From assembly GCA_040902855.1 (NCBI GenBank), contig JBBDWN010000025.1:1-44958 (forward strand): DNA of 44,958 bases, in the 5' to 3' direction. This document shows positions 36,859 through 44,958 of this stretch, piece by piece. The notes beneath the pieces were generated by a model. That model did not search any database. It saw nothing but the letters and a program-made list of their open reading frames with translations, and was not told where the DNA came from. The stretch comes from Acidimicrobiia bacterium (GTDB taxonomy: Bacteria > Actinomycetota > Acidimicrobiia > Spongiisociales > ZC4RG35). A program made the position numbers and the translations under genes. The stretch's first letter is position 1. Every line of letters starts with the position of its first letter.

Positions 36859-37596
36859 ATGAATTCGGTCATTCCAACTCTTCTCTTCGCGCTCGGACTT
36901 CTCTTGGGTCCCAGCCTCCACCACTTGGGGGTCCGCGCCGGGGTTCGGCGTTCCTTCGACGGCATCGGGCCACGGTGCGAGACATGTGAGATCCGACGTT
37001 TCCCTCTCGCTCGATCCTGTCACCGGGGACATCCGGTTCGACGACGAGAGCCGTGGATCTGGCTGACCTCAGGTGTGCTGTTCTTGGCCGCCGGCATCGC
37101 CACGTCGAATGAGCGGCTGCTGCTGCCTGCCTACCTCTTGGTCGCGGCGGTCTCGATCGTCCTCCTGATCACGGACATCGACCACAAGTTGATCCCCAAT
37201 CGTGTGCTGTATCCGGCGACGGCCGTCACTGTGGCACTCTTGGTTGTCGGCGCGCTTGCCGAGTCACGTGCGGATCGGCTCCTGCCCGCACTCATCGGTG
37301 GGGCGGGCTATTTCACGACGCTCTTCTTGGTGTACCTCGTGGCACGCGGTGGTTTCGGATTCGGAGACGTGAAACTCGCCTTCCTGCTCGGTGCCGTCAC
37401 GGCGTTCCAGTCACAGCGGACGGCGCTGCTCGCCGTGTTCTTCACCGGCATCATCGGTGGGATTCCTGCCATCGTCCTCCTCGTGTCGCGCAGGGCGAAA
37501 GGTTCGGACGAGATGCCGTATGGACCGCCGATGCTGGCGGGCGCCTGGGCGGCGTTGGTCTTCGGCGAAGCGTTCGGCCGGATGATCGTCGGATGA
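36859..37596 (+). CDS. A24-family prepilin (type IV leader) peptidase
   Basis: Multi-TM protein with catalytic Asp contexts ([20 protein letters not shown]). The N-terminal Cys-containing segment CETC...C..H is only a partial Zn motif. Confidence 0.75.
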   Translation: MNSVIPTLLFALGLLLGPSLHHLGVRAGVRRSFDGIGPRCETCEIRRFPLARSCHRGHPVRRREPWIWLTSGVLFLAAGIATSNERLLLPAYLLVAAVSIVLLITDIDHKLIPNRVLYPATAVTVALLVVGALAESRADRLLPALIGGAGYFTTLFLVYLVARGGFGFGDVKLAFLLGAVTAFQSQRTALLAVFFTGIIGGIPAIVLLVSRRAKGSDEMPYGPPMLAGAWAALVFGEAFGRMIVG

Positions 37597-37621
37597 CTCA
37601 GAGCCGTTAGCCTCCTGGCGC

Positions 37622-38776
37622 ATGCTCCGATTTCTCACCGCCGGCGAGTCGCACGGGCCTGCGCTCGTAGCCATCGTCGAAGGTTTGCCGGCCGGACTTC
37701 CGGTGCTGATCGAGGAGATCGGGAGCGAACTGGCACGCCGTCGGCTGGGTTTCGGGCGGGGCGGACGGATGAAGATCGAGAAGGACGAACTGGAGATCCT
37801 CGGCGGTGTCCGGCATGGTCGGACACTGGGATCCCCGGTCGCGATCGTGATTCGAAACACCGAATACGAAGAGAAGTGGGCCGAGGAGATGAGTCCCCAT
37901 CCCGGGGAGCCGAAGAAACAACTGACAGCCCCCCGGCCCGGTCATGCCGATCTCGTCGGGATGATGAAGTACGACACCCATGACGCCCGGGACATCCTCG
38001 AACGGGCGTCGGCTCGAGAAACCGCCGCCCGCACCGTGGTGGGCTACCTCGCCAAGACACTGCTCGCGTCGATCGACGTGGCCGTTTTCAGTCATGTGGT
38101 CGCGATCGGGACAGTGTCCGCGCCGACGGATCGGTTGCCCTTGCCGACCGACCTCCCACGCATCGACGAGTCGCCTGTACGCGTCTTCGATGCAACGGCC
38201 GAAGAGGCGATGATTGTTGAGATCGAGGCCGCTCGGGCGGACCGCGACACGCTGGGCGGCGTGGTCGAAGTCCTGGCGTATGGGCTGCCTCCCGGTGTGG
38301 GGAGCCACGTGCATTGGGACCGAAAGCTCGACGGTCGGCTGGCCGAGGCCCTGATGTCGATCCAGGCGATCAAGGGTGTGGAAGTCGGGGACGGTTTCAC
38401 GACGGCGACACGCCGGGGTTCGGACGCCCACGACGAGTTGCATGTGTCCGATGCCGGTCCCGTCCGACACACCAATCGGGCGGGCGGAACGGAGGGGGGA
38501 ATGTCCAACGGCGATCCTCTCAGAGTGAGGGCGGCGATGAAGCCCATCTCGACCGTCCCACGCTCCCTGCAGACTGTCGATGTCGTGACGAAGGAGGCGA
38601 AGACCGCGTTCTACGAGCGGTCCGACGTCGTCGCTGTCCCCGCAGCCGGCGTGGTCGCCGAACAGATGGTGGCGATCGTCCTCGCCCAGGAGATCCAGCG
38701 TCAGTTCGGCGGAGACACGGTGGACGACCTTCGCCGCGCCGTTTCGGCGTATCGGACTCGTCTCGAATCCTTCTAG
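37622..38776 (+). CDS. aroC: Chorismate synthase
   Basis: [31 protein letters not shown] and [10 protein letters not shown] motifs. Confidence 0.95.
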   Translation: MLRFLTAGESHGPALVAIVEGLPAGLPVLIEEIGSELARRRLGFGRGGRMKIEKDELEILGGVRHGRTLGSPVAIVIRNTEYEEKWAEEMSPHPGEPKKQLTAPRPGHADLVGMMKYDTHDARDILERASARETAARTVVGYLAKTLLASIDVAVFSHVVAIGTVSAPTDRLPLPTDLPRIDESPVRVFDATAEEAMIVEIEAARADRDTLGGVVEVLAYGLPPGVGSHVHWDRKLDGRLAEALMSIQAIKGVEVGDGFTTATRRGSDAHDELHVSDAGPVRHTNRAGGTEGGMSNGDPLRVRAAMKPISTVPRSLQTVDVVTKEAKTAFYERSDVVAVPAAGVVAEQMVAIVLAQEIQRQFGGDTVDDLRRAVSAYRTRLESF

Positions 38777-39792
38777 TGGACGCCATCAAGATCGCCGAAA
38801 CCTCAGAGGTCGTTTTCGGCCCCTTGCACGACGTGCTTCCTGAGCGCGTCGGGAGGGATGCGGCGGTATTCGTCACCCAGCCCGGAGTCGCGTCCGATGT
38901 CACCGCGAGACTGCTCACGGGTGCGGGCGACATCCGCACGCTGGTTCACGTCATCGCGGATCGCGAGGAAGCCAAGGAGCTCGAGTCGGTGGGGCGAATC
39001 TACGACGCTCTCGCCGACTTCAACCTGGGCCGTCACGACACGCTCGTGGGCGTGGGCGGCGGGGCCGCGACCGACGTCGCCGGATTCGTTGCTGCCACGT
39101 GGCTGCGCGGGGTGGAGTCAGTTCTCGTGCCGACAACGCTCCTTGCGGCGGTTGATGCCGCCATCGGCGGCAAGACCGGAATCAACCGGCGCGGCAAGAA
39201 CCTCGTCGGAGCCTTCTGGCTGCCCAGCCGAGTGTGCATCGACCTTGACTTGCTGGCACAACTCCCGGAGTCCCTTCTGCGCGAAGGGGCAGCCGAGACG
39301 CTGAAGGCGGGGCTTCTCGCAGATCCGGAAATTGTCACCGAATACGAACGATCGGGGCTTGGCGCCGACCTGCGCGTCGTGGTCCCTCGTGCCGTTGCAG
39401 TCAAGGCTGATGTGGTGAACGAAGACCTGACCGAGCAGGGCCGGCGTGCAATCCTCAACTTCGGGCACACGATCGGACATGCAGTCGAGGTGCTGGCGCC
39501 GATGGCCCACGGTCATGCGGTCGGTGTGGGGATGGTGGCGGCAGCAGTGCTCTCCCACGCCCGCTACGGCTTCGACCACCGGTGGCTGACCGCGCTCATC
39601 TTCGAGCTCGGACTGCCGGTGGCGGCGTCCGGGGTGTCACTCCGGGCGGGTCTCGATCTCGTCCAACGCGACAAGAAGCGCACCGCGGATGGCGTGCGGA
39701 TGGTTTTGCTCCGCTCCGTCGGAGATCCGGTCGTCGAATCCGTCTCGACCGAAGAGCTCGAGATCGCCATGCGGGCTGTCGGACTTTCCTGA
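38776..39792 (+). CDS. aroB: 3-dehydroquinate synthase
   Basis: GVGGGAATDVAGFVAATWLRGV, GGKTGIN, NFGHTIGHAVE and HGHAVGVGM motifs. The GTG at 38776 shares 1 nt with the aroC TAG. The ORF-track extension to 38314 lies inside aroC. Confidence 0.9.
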   Translation: MDAIKIAETSEVVFGPLHDVLPERVGRDAAVFVTQPGVASDVTARLLTGAGDIRTLVHVIADREEAKELESVGRIYDALADFNLGRHDTLVGVGGGAATDVAGFVAATWLRGVESVLVPTTLLAAVDAAIGGKTGINRRGKNLVGAFWLPSRVCIDLDLLAQLPESLLREGAAETLKAGLLADPEIVTEYERSGLGADLRVVVPRAVAVKADVVNEDLTEQGRRAILNFGHTIGHAVEVLAPMAHGHAVGVGMVAAAVLSHARYGFDHRWLTALIFELGLPVAASGVSLRAGLDLVQRDKKRTADGVRMVLLRSVGDPVVESVSTEELEIAMRAVGLS

Positions 39793-39892
39793 GGAGCGAA
39801 TCCGGCAGGTACCATGCCGAATTCGACACCACCTCGTCTGCCAGGTGCACGAACACTTGAGCGCGATGCCCGCCCCGACATTCGGATGGATC

Positions 39893-40450
39893 ATGATCTC
39901 GACGAACGACGTACGCCCAGGAATGGCCCTCGACCTGCCCGATGGTCTCTTCTCCATCGTCCATTACGAACACGTCAAGCCCGGCAAGGGCAGGGCGTTC
40001 GTGCGAATGAAGCTGAAGAACGTCGAAACGGGGCAGGTCCTCGATCGCACGTTCCGGGCGGACGAGGACGTTCCACAGGCGTTCATCGACCGGCGTGACC
40101 ACCAGTTCCTGTACTCCGACGATCTCGGGTATCACTTCATGAACCTCGAGGACTACTCGCAGTTCGCACTCACCGCCACCGACGTTGGCGACGCGTCCGA
40201 CTTCCTTCTGGAAGGGATGACTGTCGTCCTGGCGATGTACCAAGGGAATCCGATTGGCGTGGAACTCCCCACCGCTGTCGAACTCGAGGTGACGTATGCC
40301 GAGCCCGCAGTGAAAGGCAACACCGTCTCGGGTGCCACCAAGCTCGTCAAGGTGCAGACCGGGATCGACGTCCAGGTGCCTCTCTTCGTCGAACAAGGCG
40401 ACCGCATCAAAGTGGACACCCGGTCGGGCGAGTATCTGACGCGCGTGTGA
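39893..40450 (+). CDS. efp: Elongation factor P
   Basis: MISTNDVRPGMALDL, loop VKPGKGRAFVRMKLKN, and a C-terminal OB domain (GDRIKVDTRSGEYLTR). Confidence 0.95.
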   Translation: MISTNDVRPGMALDLPDGLFSIVHYEHVKPGKGRAFVRMKLKNVETGQVLDRTFRADEDVPQAFIDRRDHQFLYSDDLGYHFMNLEDYSQFALTATDVGDASDFLLEGMTVVLAMYQGNPIGVELPTAVELEVTYAEPAVKGNTVSGATKLVKVQTGIDVQVPLFVEQGDRIKVDTRSGEYLTRV

Positions 40451-40812
40451 CCGAACCTCGCGAACGCGCCGTTCAGGAACTGTACGAGGCCGACCAGGTC
40501 GATTCTTGGGAAGCTCCCTCCGACCTCCAGGGTCGAGCTTTGCGGCTCACCCAGGGCGTCCTGGGACATCGAGATCAACTGGACGAGGCCATCGCTGCTG
40601 TTGCCGATCGGTGGACGGTGGATCGCATGCCGGTGGTCGACCGGGCGGTGCTCCGCTTGGCGCTCTACGAGCTCAGGTTCTGTCCTGATGTGCCGACCGC
40701 AGTCGTGCTCAACGAGGCCGTCCGCATCGTCAAGGCATTCTCGACCGAGCACTCCGGTCGTTTCGTCAACGGCGTCCTCGCAGCCCTCGCCAGGTCTGAG
40801 CGACCCCAATGA
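40447..40812 (+). CDS. nusB: Transcription antitermination factor NusB
   Basis: ReRAvqeLYeaD N-terminus, DRAVLRLALYEL, and EAVRIVKAFSTEHSGRFVNGVL. GTGA overlap with efp. Confidence 0.9.
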   Translation: MTEPRERAVQELYEADQVDSWEAPSDLQGRALRLTQGVLGHRDQLDEAIAAVADRWTVDRMPVVDRAVLRLALYELRFCPDVPTAVVLNEAVRIVKAFSTEHSGRFVNGVLAALARSERPQ

Positions 40813-40879
40813 AAGGACGCGGCGCCGTCTGAAAGGGCCCGCGTTTGGGCGGTCGCCGACCGGCTAGAGTCGCCGCAGA

Positions 40880-40913
40880 CCTTTAAAGCCGGTCCTGTGA
40901 GGCCGGGAAGGAG
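40880..40913 (+). promoter_or_regulatory. PyrR-binding RNA element (pyr leader binding loop) whose 3' arm contains the SD GAAGGAG
   Basis: CCUUUAAAGCCGGUCCUGUGAGGCCGGGAAGGAG. The outer stem is CCUU/AAGG, the inner stem CCGG/CCGG, and the loop UCCUGUGAGG resembles the PyrR consensus UCCAGAGAGG. The UUUAA and GAAGG flanks are as in known PyrR sites. Confidence 0.65.
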
Positions 40914-40919
40914 ACATTG

Positions 40920-40961
40920 ATGTCGCACATCTCGCCGCGGGGTTTGAAATGCCCCGTGTGA
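40920..40961 (+). CDS. Candidate 13-codon pyr leader uORF ([13 protein letters not shown])
   Basis: The ATG lies 6 nt after the only good SD in the leader (GAAGGAG, 40907-40913). Its TGA stop (40959-40961) shares 1 nt with the in-frame pyrR ATG at 40961. Confidence 0.3.
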   Translation: MSHISPRGLKCPV

Positions 40962-41473
40962 TGGATGCCGAGTATGTCGACCGTGCCATCCGCCGCATCG
41001 GGCACGAAATCGCCGAGCGCCATGCCGGAGCCGATGACGTCGTGCTGGTGGGCATCCACACTCGAGGAGTCCCCCTCGCTCGCCGCATCGCCGACGCCGT
41101 CGGCGCAATCGAGAACACGAGGGTCCCGGTGGGCGAGCTCGACATCGGGCTGTATCGCGACGATCTCGCGACACGCCCCACCCCTCGGCTCGCCCGGACG
41201 GATGTTCCGGCGGACCTGACCGGCCGGACCGTCATCCTCGTCGACGACGTGCTCTTCACCGGCCGGACCATCCGCGCTGCCCTCGATGCGATCAGCGACC
41301 TGGGGCGACCGGATCGGGTCGAACTCGCAGTGCTCGTCGATCGCGGCCATCGGCAGCTGCCGATCAGACCGGATTACGTCGGGAAGAATCTTCCTACTTC
41401 GCCCGCTCAGCGGGTCGCCGTACGGATCGACACCGTCGACGGCGAAGCCGGTGTCTGGATCGAGGACGAATGA
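40949..41473 (+). CDS. pyrR: Bifunctional pyr operon regulator / uracil phosphoribosyltransferase PyrR
   Basis: [14 protein letters not shown] and the PRPP motif [17 protein letters not shown]. The start is either ATG 40949 (no SD) or ATG 40961 (coupled to the uORF stop). Confidence 0.9.
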   Translation: MPRVMDAEYVDRAIRRIGHEIAERHAGADDVVLVGIHTRGVPLARRIADAVGAIENTRVPVGELDIGLYRDDLATRPTPRLARTDVPADLTGRTVILVDDVLFTGRTIRAALDAISDLGRPDRVELAVLVDRGHRQLPIRPDYVGKNLPTSPAQRVAVRIDTVDGEAGVWIEDE

Positions 41474-42387
41474 GGCACCTTCTCTCGATCGACGACGTGA
41501 CGGCGGAGGAGATCACCGAGCTGCTGGACCTCGCTGACGGGTTCGTCGAGATCCTCGCCCGCGACGTTCCCAAGGTCCCGACGCTCCGCGGCAAAACGAT
41601 CGCCCTGCTCTTCTTCGAGAACTCGACGAGGACCAGGCTCTCCTTCGATCGGGCGGCCAAGGCCCTTTCCGCCGACGTCCTGACGTTTACCCCCGGTGGC
41701 TCGTCTCTCGCCAAAGGCGAAAGCCTGAAAGACACCGCACTCACGCTCAAAGCGATGGGCCCCGATCTCATGGTCGTGCGCCACGGGATGACCGGTGCCC
41801 CCTGGCGGGTCGCCGATTGGACCGGCCTCCCTGTCGTCAACGCCGGCGACGGCGCTCACCAGCATCCGACGCAGGCGCTGCTGGACGTCCTCACCGTTCG
41901 GCGTCACTTCGGCGGAGTCTCCGGACTGTCGGTGGCCATCGTGGGCGACATCAGACACTCGCGGGTGGCCCGGTCGACGGCTGGCGCCCTCATCGCGCTG
42001 GGTGCCTCTGTGACGCTGGTGGCTCCCCGCACACTCTTGCCGGTCGACATCTCAGACTGGAATGTTGCATCCGCCGACTCTCTCGACGAGGTGTTGGAGA
42101 CCCTCGATGTCGTCTATCTGCTGCGGATCCAGCAGGAACGGGGAGGGGGCGACGTGTTTCCGTCGATTTCGGAGTATGTCGGGCGTTTCGGACTCACCCG
42201 GGATCGTGCCGCTCGGCTCCGAGACAGCGCGGTCGTGATGCATCCCGGACCGATGAACCGGGGCGTGGAGATCGACCCGGCGGTCGCAGACGGGCCCAGG
42301 GCACTCGTCGCAGAACAAGTGTCGAACGGCATCGCAGTGCGGATGGCCGTGCTGTTCAGGCTCCTCGGCCCCGAGGTGCCGGCATGA
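41470..42387 (+). CDS. pyrB: Aspartate carbamoyltransferase catalytic subunit
   Basis: [30 protein letters not shown] and VSNG motifs. ATGA overlap with pyrR. Confidence 0.95.
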   Translation: MRHLLSIDDVTAEEITELLDLADGFVEILARDVPKVPTLRGKTIALLFFENSTRTRLSFDRAAKALSADVLTFTPGGSSLAKGESLKDTALTLKAMGPDLMVVRHGMTGAPWRVADWTGLPVVNAGDGAHQHPTQALLDVLTVRRHFGGVSGLSVAIVGDIRHSRVARSTAGALIALGASVTLVAPRTLLPVDISDWNVASADSLDEVLETLDVVYLLRIQQERGGGDVFPSISEYVGRFGLTRDRAARLRDSAVVMHPGPMNRGVEIDPAVADGPRALVAEQVSNGIAVRMAVLFRLLGPEVPA

Positions 42388-43616
42388 TCATCGCAGGTGG
42401 TTCGGTCCTCACCTCCGCCGGCATCGTGACGGCCGACGTCCGCATCGAGGGCTCGCTGATCGTCGATGTCGCTCCATCATTAGAGGGAGCTGACCGGTTC
42501 GATGCGACTGGCTGTTGGGTCGGGCCCGGATTCGTCGATCTCCACACTCACCTCCGAGAACCCGGTCAGGAGTGGAAGGAAGACCTGAACTCGGGTCGCG
42601 ATGCAGCGGCGGCCGGCGGTTTCACCACCGTGGTCGCGATGCCGAACACCGAGCCCGCGACCGACTCCGGACACGTCGCCGCCCACGTCCGCCGCACCGA
42701 CGGAGTCGAGGTGGTTCCGGCCGGATGCCTGACGCTGCGCCGGGAAGGCACCCGGCTGGCTCATCTCGACGATCTGTGGGCCGCGGGAGTCCGGTTGTTC
42801 ACCGACGACGGGGACACGGTCGCCGACGCAGGCCTGTTGCGGCGGGCCATGGAGTATCTCGCCCAACTCGGTGGCGTCGTCGCCCAACACGCCGAGGACC
42901 CTGGCCTGGCGCGTGGGGGCCACATGCACGAGGGCGCGGTGTCGTCGCGTCTGGGGATCACGGGGCTCCCCTCCGTGGCAGAGGAGGTGATCGTGGCCCG
43001 CGACCTGCGGTTGGTGGAGGTCACCGGCTGCCGGTATCACGTCCAGCATGTGTCAACTGCCGGAACGGTCGAGCTGGTGCGGGCGGCGAAGGCGTCAGGC
43101 CTTCCCGTGACCGCGGAGGCGACGCCGCATCACCTCGTGTTCGACCACCGCGCGGTCGAGTCGATGGACCCGGTCTTCAAGATGTATCCGCCGTTGCGCA
43201 CGCCCGACGATGTCGCAGCGCTGGGTGAAGCAGTCGTGGACGGGGTGGTCGACTGCATCGCCACCGATCATGCCCCGCATTCGGCGCACGAGAAGGACGT
43301 GCCGTTCGAGGAAGCCCCGCGCGGGGTGATCGGCCTGGAAACGGCGGCCGCCGTCGTGAACGAGGCGCTGGACCTCGGCCAGGAAGCCTTCTTCGATCGG
43401 CTGGGCCATGCACCGCGGACAATTCTCGGACGGCAACCCCATCGCATCGACACGGGAGCTCCGGCCGACCTCGTGGTCTTCGATCCGTCCGCCACGTGGA
43501 CGGCCTCGGTGTTTCGGTCCCGCTCGGAGAACTCTCCGTGGCGGGGCGCGAACATGGTTGGGAGAGTTCGGCTGACGGTCGCCGGTGGCCGGACCGTGTA
43601 CACGGAGGAGAGTTGA
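42384..43616 (+). CDS. pyrC: Dihydroorotase
   Basis: GFVDLHTHLREPG, VAMPNT and TDHAPH motifs. The ATG at 42384 overlaps the pyrB stop (ATGA). The ORF-track extension to 41817 lies inside pyrB. Confidence 0.9.
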   Translation: MIIAGGSVLTSAGIVTADVRIEGSLIVDVAPSLEGADRFDATGCWVGPGFVDLHTHLREPGQEWKEDLNSGRDAAAAGGFTTVVAMPNTEPATDSGHVAAHVRRTDGVEVVPAGCLTLRREGTRLAHLDDLWAAGVRLFTDDGDTVADAGLLRRAMEYLAQLGGVVAQHAEDPGLARGGHMHEGAVSSRLGITGLPSVAEEVIVARDLRLVEVTGCRYHVQHVSTAGTVELVRAAKASGLPVTAEATPHHLVFDHRAVESMDPVFKMYPPLRTPDDVAALGEAVVDGVVDCIATDHAPHSAHEKDVPFEEAPRGVIGLETAAAVVNEALDLGQEAFFDRLGHAPRTILGRQPHRIDTGAPADLVVFDPSATWTASVFRSRSENSPWRGANMVGRVRLTVAGGRTVYTEES

Positions 43617-44773
43617 TGAGCGAGACGGGACTCTTGGTCACCGCCGACGGGGCCGTCTTCCGCGGACGGTCGGTGGGCGCCGACGGGGTGAGCACGGGCG
43701 AGGCCGTGTTCAACACCTCCATGACCGGCTACCAGGAGATCATCACCGACCCTTCCTACGCCGGTCAGGTCGTGGTCATGACGGCACCTCACATCGGCAA
43801 CTACGGCGCGGCCGAGTTCGATGCGCAGTCCAGCGGACCGGCAGCGTCCGGTTTCATCATGCGGTCGCTCAGTCGACGCCATTCCAATTGGCGCGCCGAG
43901 GGCTCCTTTGCCTCCTATTTGACGAAACACGGAATCGTGGCGCTCTCCGACATCGACACCCGTCGTCTCACCCGCCACATCCGCGATCACGGTGCCCAGC
44001 CGGTGGCGCTCGGGTCCGGCGTCGACGAACGGGAGTTGGCCGAGCGGGCGGCGGCGGCCCCCCTCATGACAGGTCAGGACCTGGCGTCGACGGTGACGAC
44101 GAAGACCGTGTACCACGTCCCGTCCGAAGGCGAGCGGCGCGGACTGGTCGTGGCCGTCGACCTCGGAATGAAGCGTGACATCGTGAGGCACCTCGTCGGT
44201 CGTGGGCTCGACGTGACGGTGGTTCCCGCTCACACAAGTGCCGCCGAGATCCTGGACTACGCCCCGACCGGGGTCTTCTTGTCGAACGGTCCGGGAGATC
44301 CCGAACCGCTCGAACGGACCACCGCCACCGTGCGGGACCTCCTCGGTGAGGTTCCGGTGTTTGGCATCTGCCTCGGACATCAGGTCCTCGGACTGGCGTT
44401 GGGCGCTCGGACCTACAAGATGGCGTTCGGGCATCACGGCGGTAATCACCCGGTGCGCCGGTTGGCAGACGGCAAGGTCGAGATCACCGCGCAGAACCAC
44501 GGGTTTGCGGTCGACCTGTGGTCTCTGACCGACCGAACGGCGCCGGAGCGGAGCGGACTGGCGTCGCCTGATCTGCTGCCGGACAGGGTGGAGACAGAGG
44601 TCGGTGCGGCGATTCCGACCCACCAGAACCTCAACGACGGCACTCTCGAAGGCATCCGCTGTCTCGACGTCGGGGCGTTCGGGGTGCAGTACCACCCGGA
44701 GGCCGCGCCAGGACCACGCGATGCCGCCTACCTCTTCGACGACTTCGTCGAGCTGATGGGATTGGAGAGGTAG
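43616..44773 (+). CDS. carA: Carbamoyl-phosphate synthase small (glutaminase) subunit
   Basis: FNTSMTGYQEIITDPSY, GICLGHQ (catalytic Cys), GHHGGNHPV and QYHPEA motifs. TGATG overlap with pyrC. Confidence 0.95.
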   Translation: MSETGLLVTADGAVFRGRSVGADGVSTGEAVFNTSMTGYQEIITDPSYAGQVVVMTAPHIGNYGAAEFDAQSSGPAASGFIMRSLSRRHSNWRAEGSFASYLTKHGIVALSDIDTRRLTRHIRDHGAQPVALGSGVDERELAERAAAAPLMTGQDLASTVTTKTVYHVPSEGERRGLVVAVDLGMKRDIVRHLVGRGLDVTVVPAHTSAAEILDYAPTGVFLSNGPGDPEPLERTTATVRDLLGEVPVFGICLGHQVLGLALGARTYKMAFGHHGGNHPVRRLADGKVEITAQNHGFAVDLWSLTDRTAPERSGLASPDLLPDRVETEVGAAIPTHQNLNDGTLEGIRCLDVGAFGVQYHPEAAPGPRDAAYLFDDFVELMGLER

Positions 44774-44958
44774 ATGCCCGCACGTAGAGACATCTCTTCG
44801 ATCCTGCTGATCGGCTCAGGACCGATCGTCATCGGTCAGGCATGCGAGTTCGACTACTCGGGGACCCAGGCGGCCAAGGTGCTTCGGGCCAACGGCTATC
44901 GGGTGATCCTGGTCAACTCCAACCCGGCCACGATCATGACCGATCCCGAGTTCGCCGA
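44774..44958 (+). CDS. carB: Carbamoyl-phosphate synthase large subunit (5' fragment, runs off the window)
   Basis: My translation from the ATG at 44774 is [61 protein letters not shown], the canonical CarB N-terminus. It is absent from the ORF track because it is truncated. Confidence 0.9.
   Translation, partial: MPARRDISSILLIGSGPIVIGQACEFDYSGTQAAKVLRANGYRVILVNSNPATIMTDPEFA

Noticed and set aside
43268-44695. 475-aa minus-strand ORF antisense to pyrC/carA
   Set aside because: It lies opposite two canonical pyr genes. No motifs; a mirror-frame artefact.
1-44958. Search for CRISPR arrays, transposases, integrases, phage genes, toxin-antitoxin pairs and rRNA/tRNA genes
   Set aside because: I found no spaced direct-repeat arrays, no ORFs with DDE, tyrosine-recombinase or serine-recombinase motifs, and no intergenic space large enough for structural RNA genes.

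Overview
High-GC actinobacterial chromosomal core segment. The PIM-lipid genes pgsA-patA-pimA and the overall synteny match the conserved Mycobacterium/Streptomyces block, and the presence of queA-tgt suggests a deep-branching lineage. I call about 46 protein-coding genes. Nearly all lie on the + strand in very tightly packed operons with many 1-4 nt start/stop overlaps. In order: gltA and an EF-G paralog (- strand); pgsA-patA-pimA; pdxS-pdxT-yebC; ruvCAB-queA-tgt-yajC-secDF-apt-rel; MBL hydrolase-hisS-aspS-rarA; a Fe-ADH/enolase-superfamily/PQQ-sugar-dehydrogenase trio; alaS-ruvX-mltG-prepilin peptidase-aroC-aroB-efp-nusB; pyrR-pyrB-pyrC-carA-carB (truncated at the window edge). I found no rRNA, tRNA, CRISPR array, transposase or integrase. 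The only clearly accessory stretch is about 18.5-23.8 kb. There a complete four-gene conservon (cvnA-D type sensor / roadblock / DUF742 / Ras-like GTPase) sits between rel and hisS. Tail-to-tail against it lie two translationally coupled coiled-coil genes, the only minus-strand genes in about 41 kb. I flag this as the best candidate for an undescribed functional unit, but that link is inference, not demonstration. Other points of interest: a PyrR-binding leader whose sequestered SD serves a 13-codon uORF coupled to pyrR; a LexA-box-like palindrome over the ruvC start; an EF-G paralog with the catalytic His replaced by Tyr; and a metabolic trio translationally chained to rarA.
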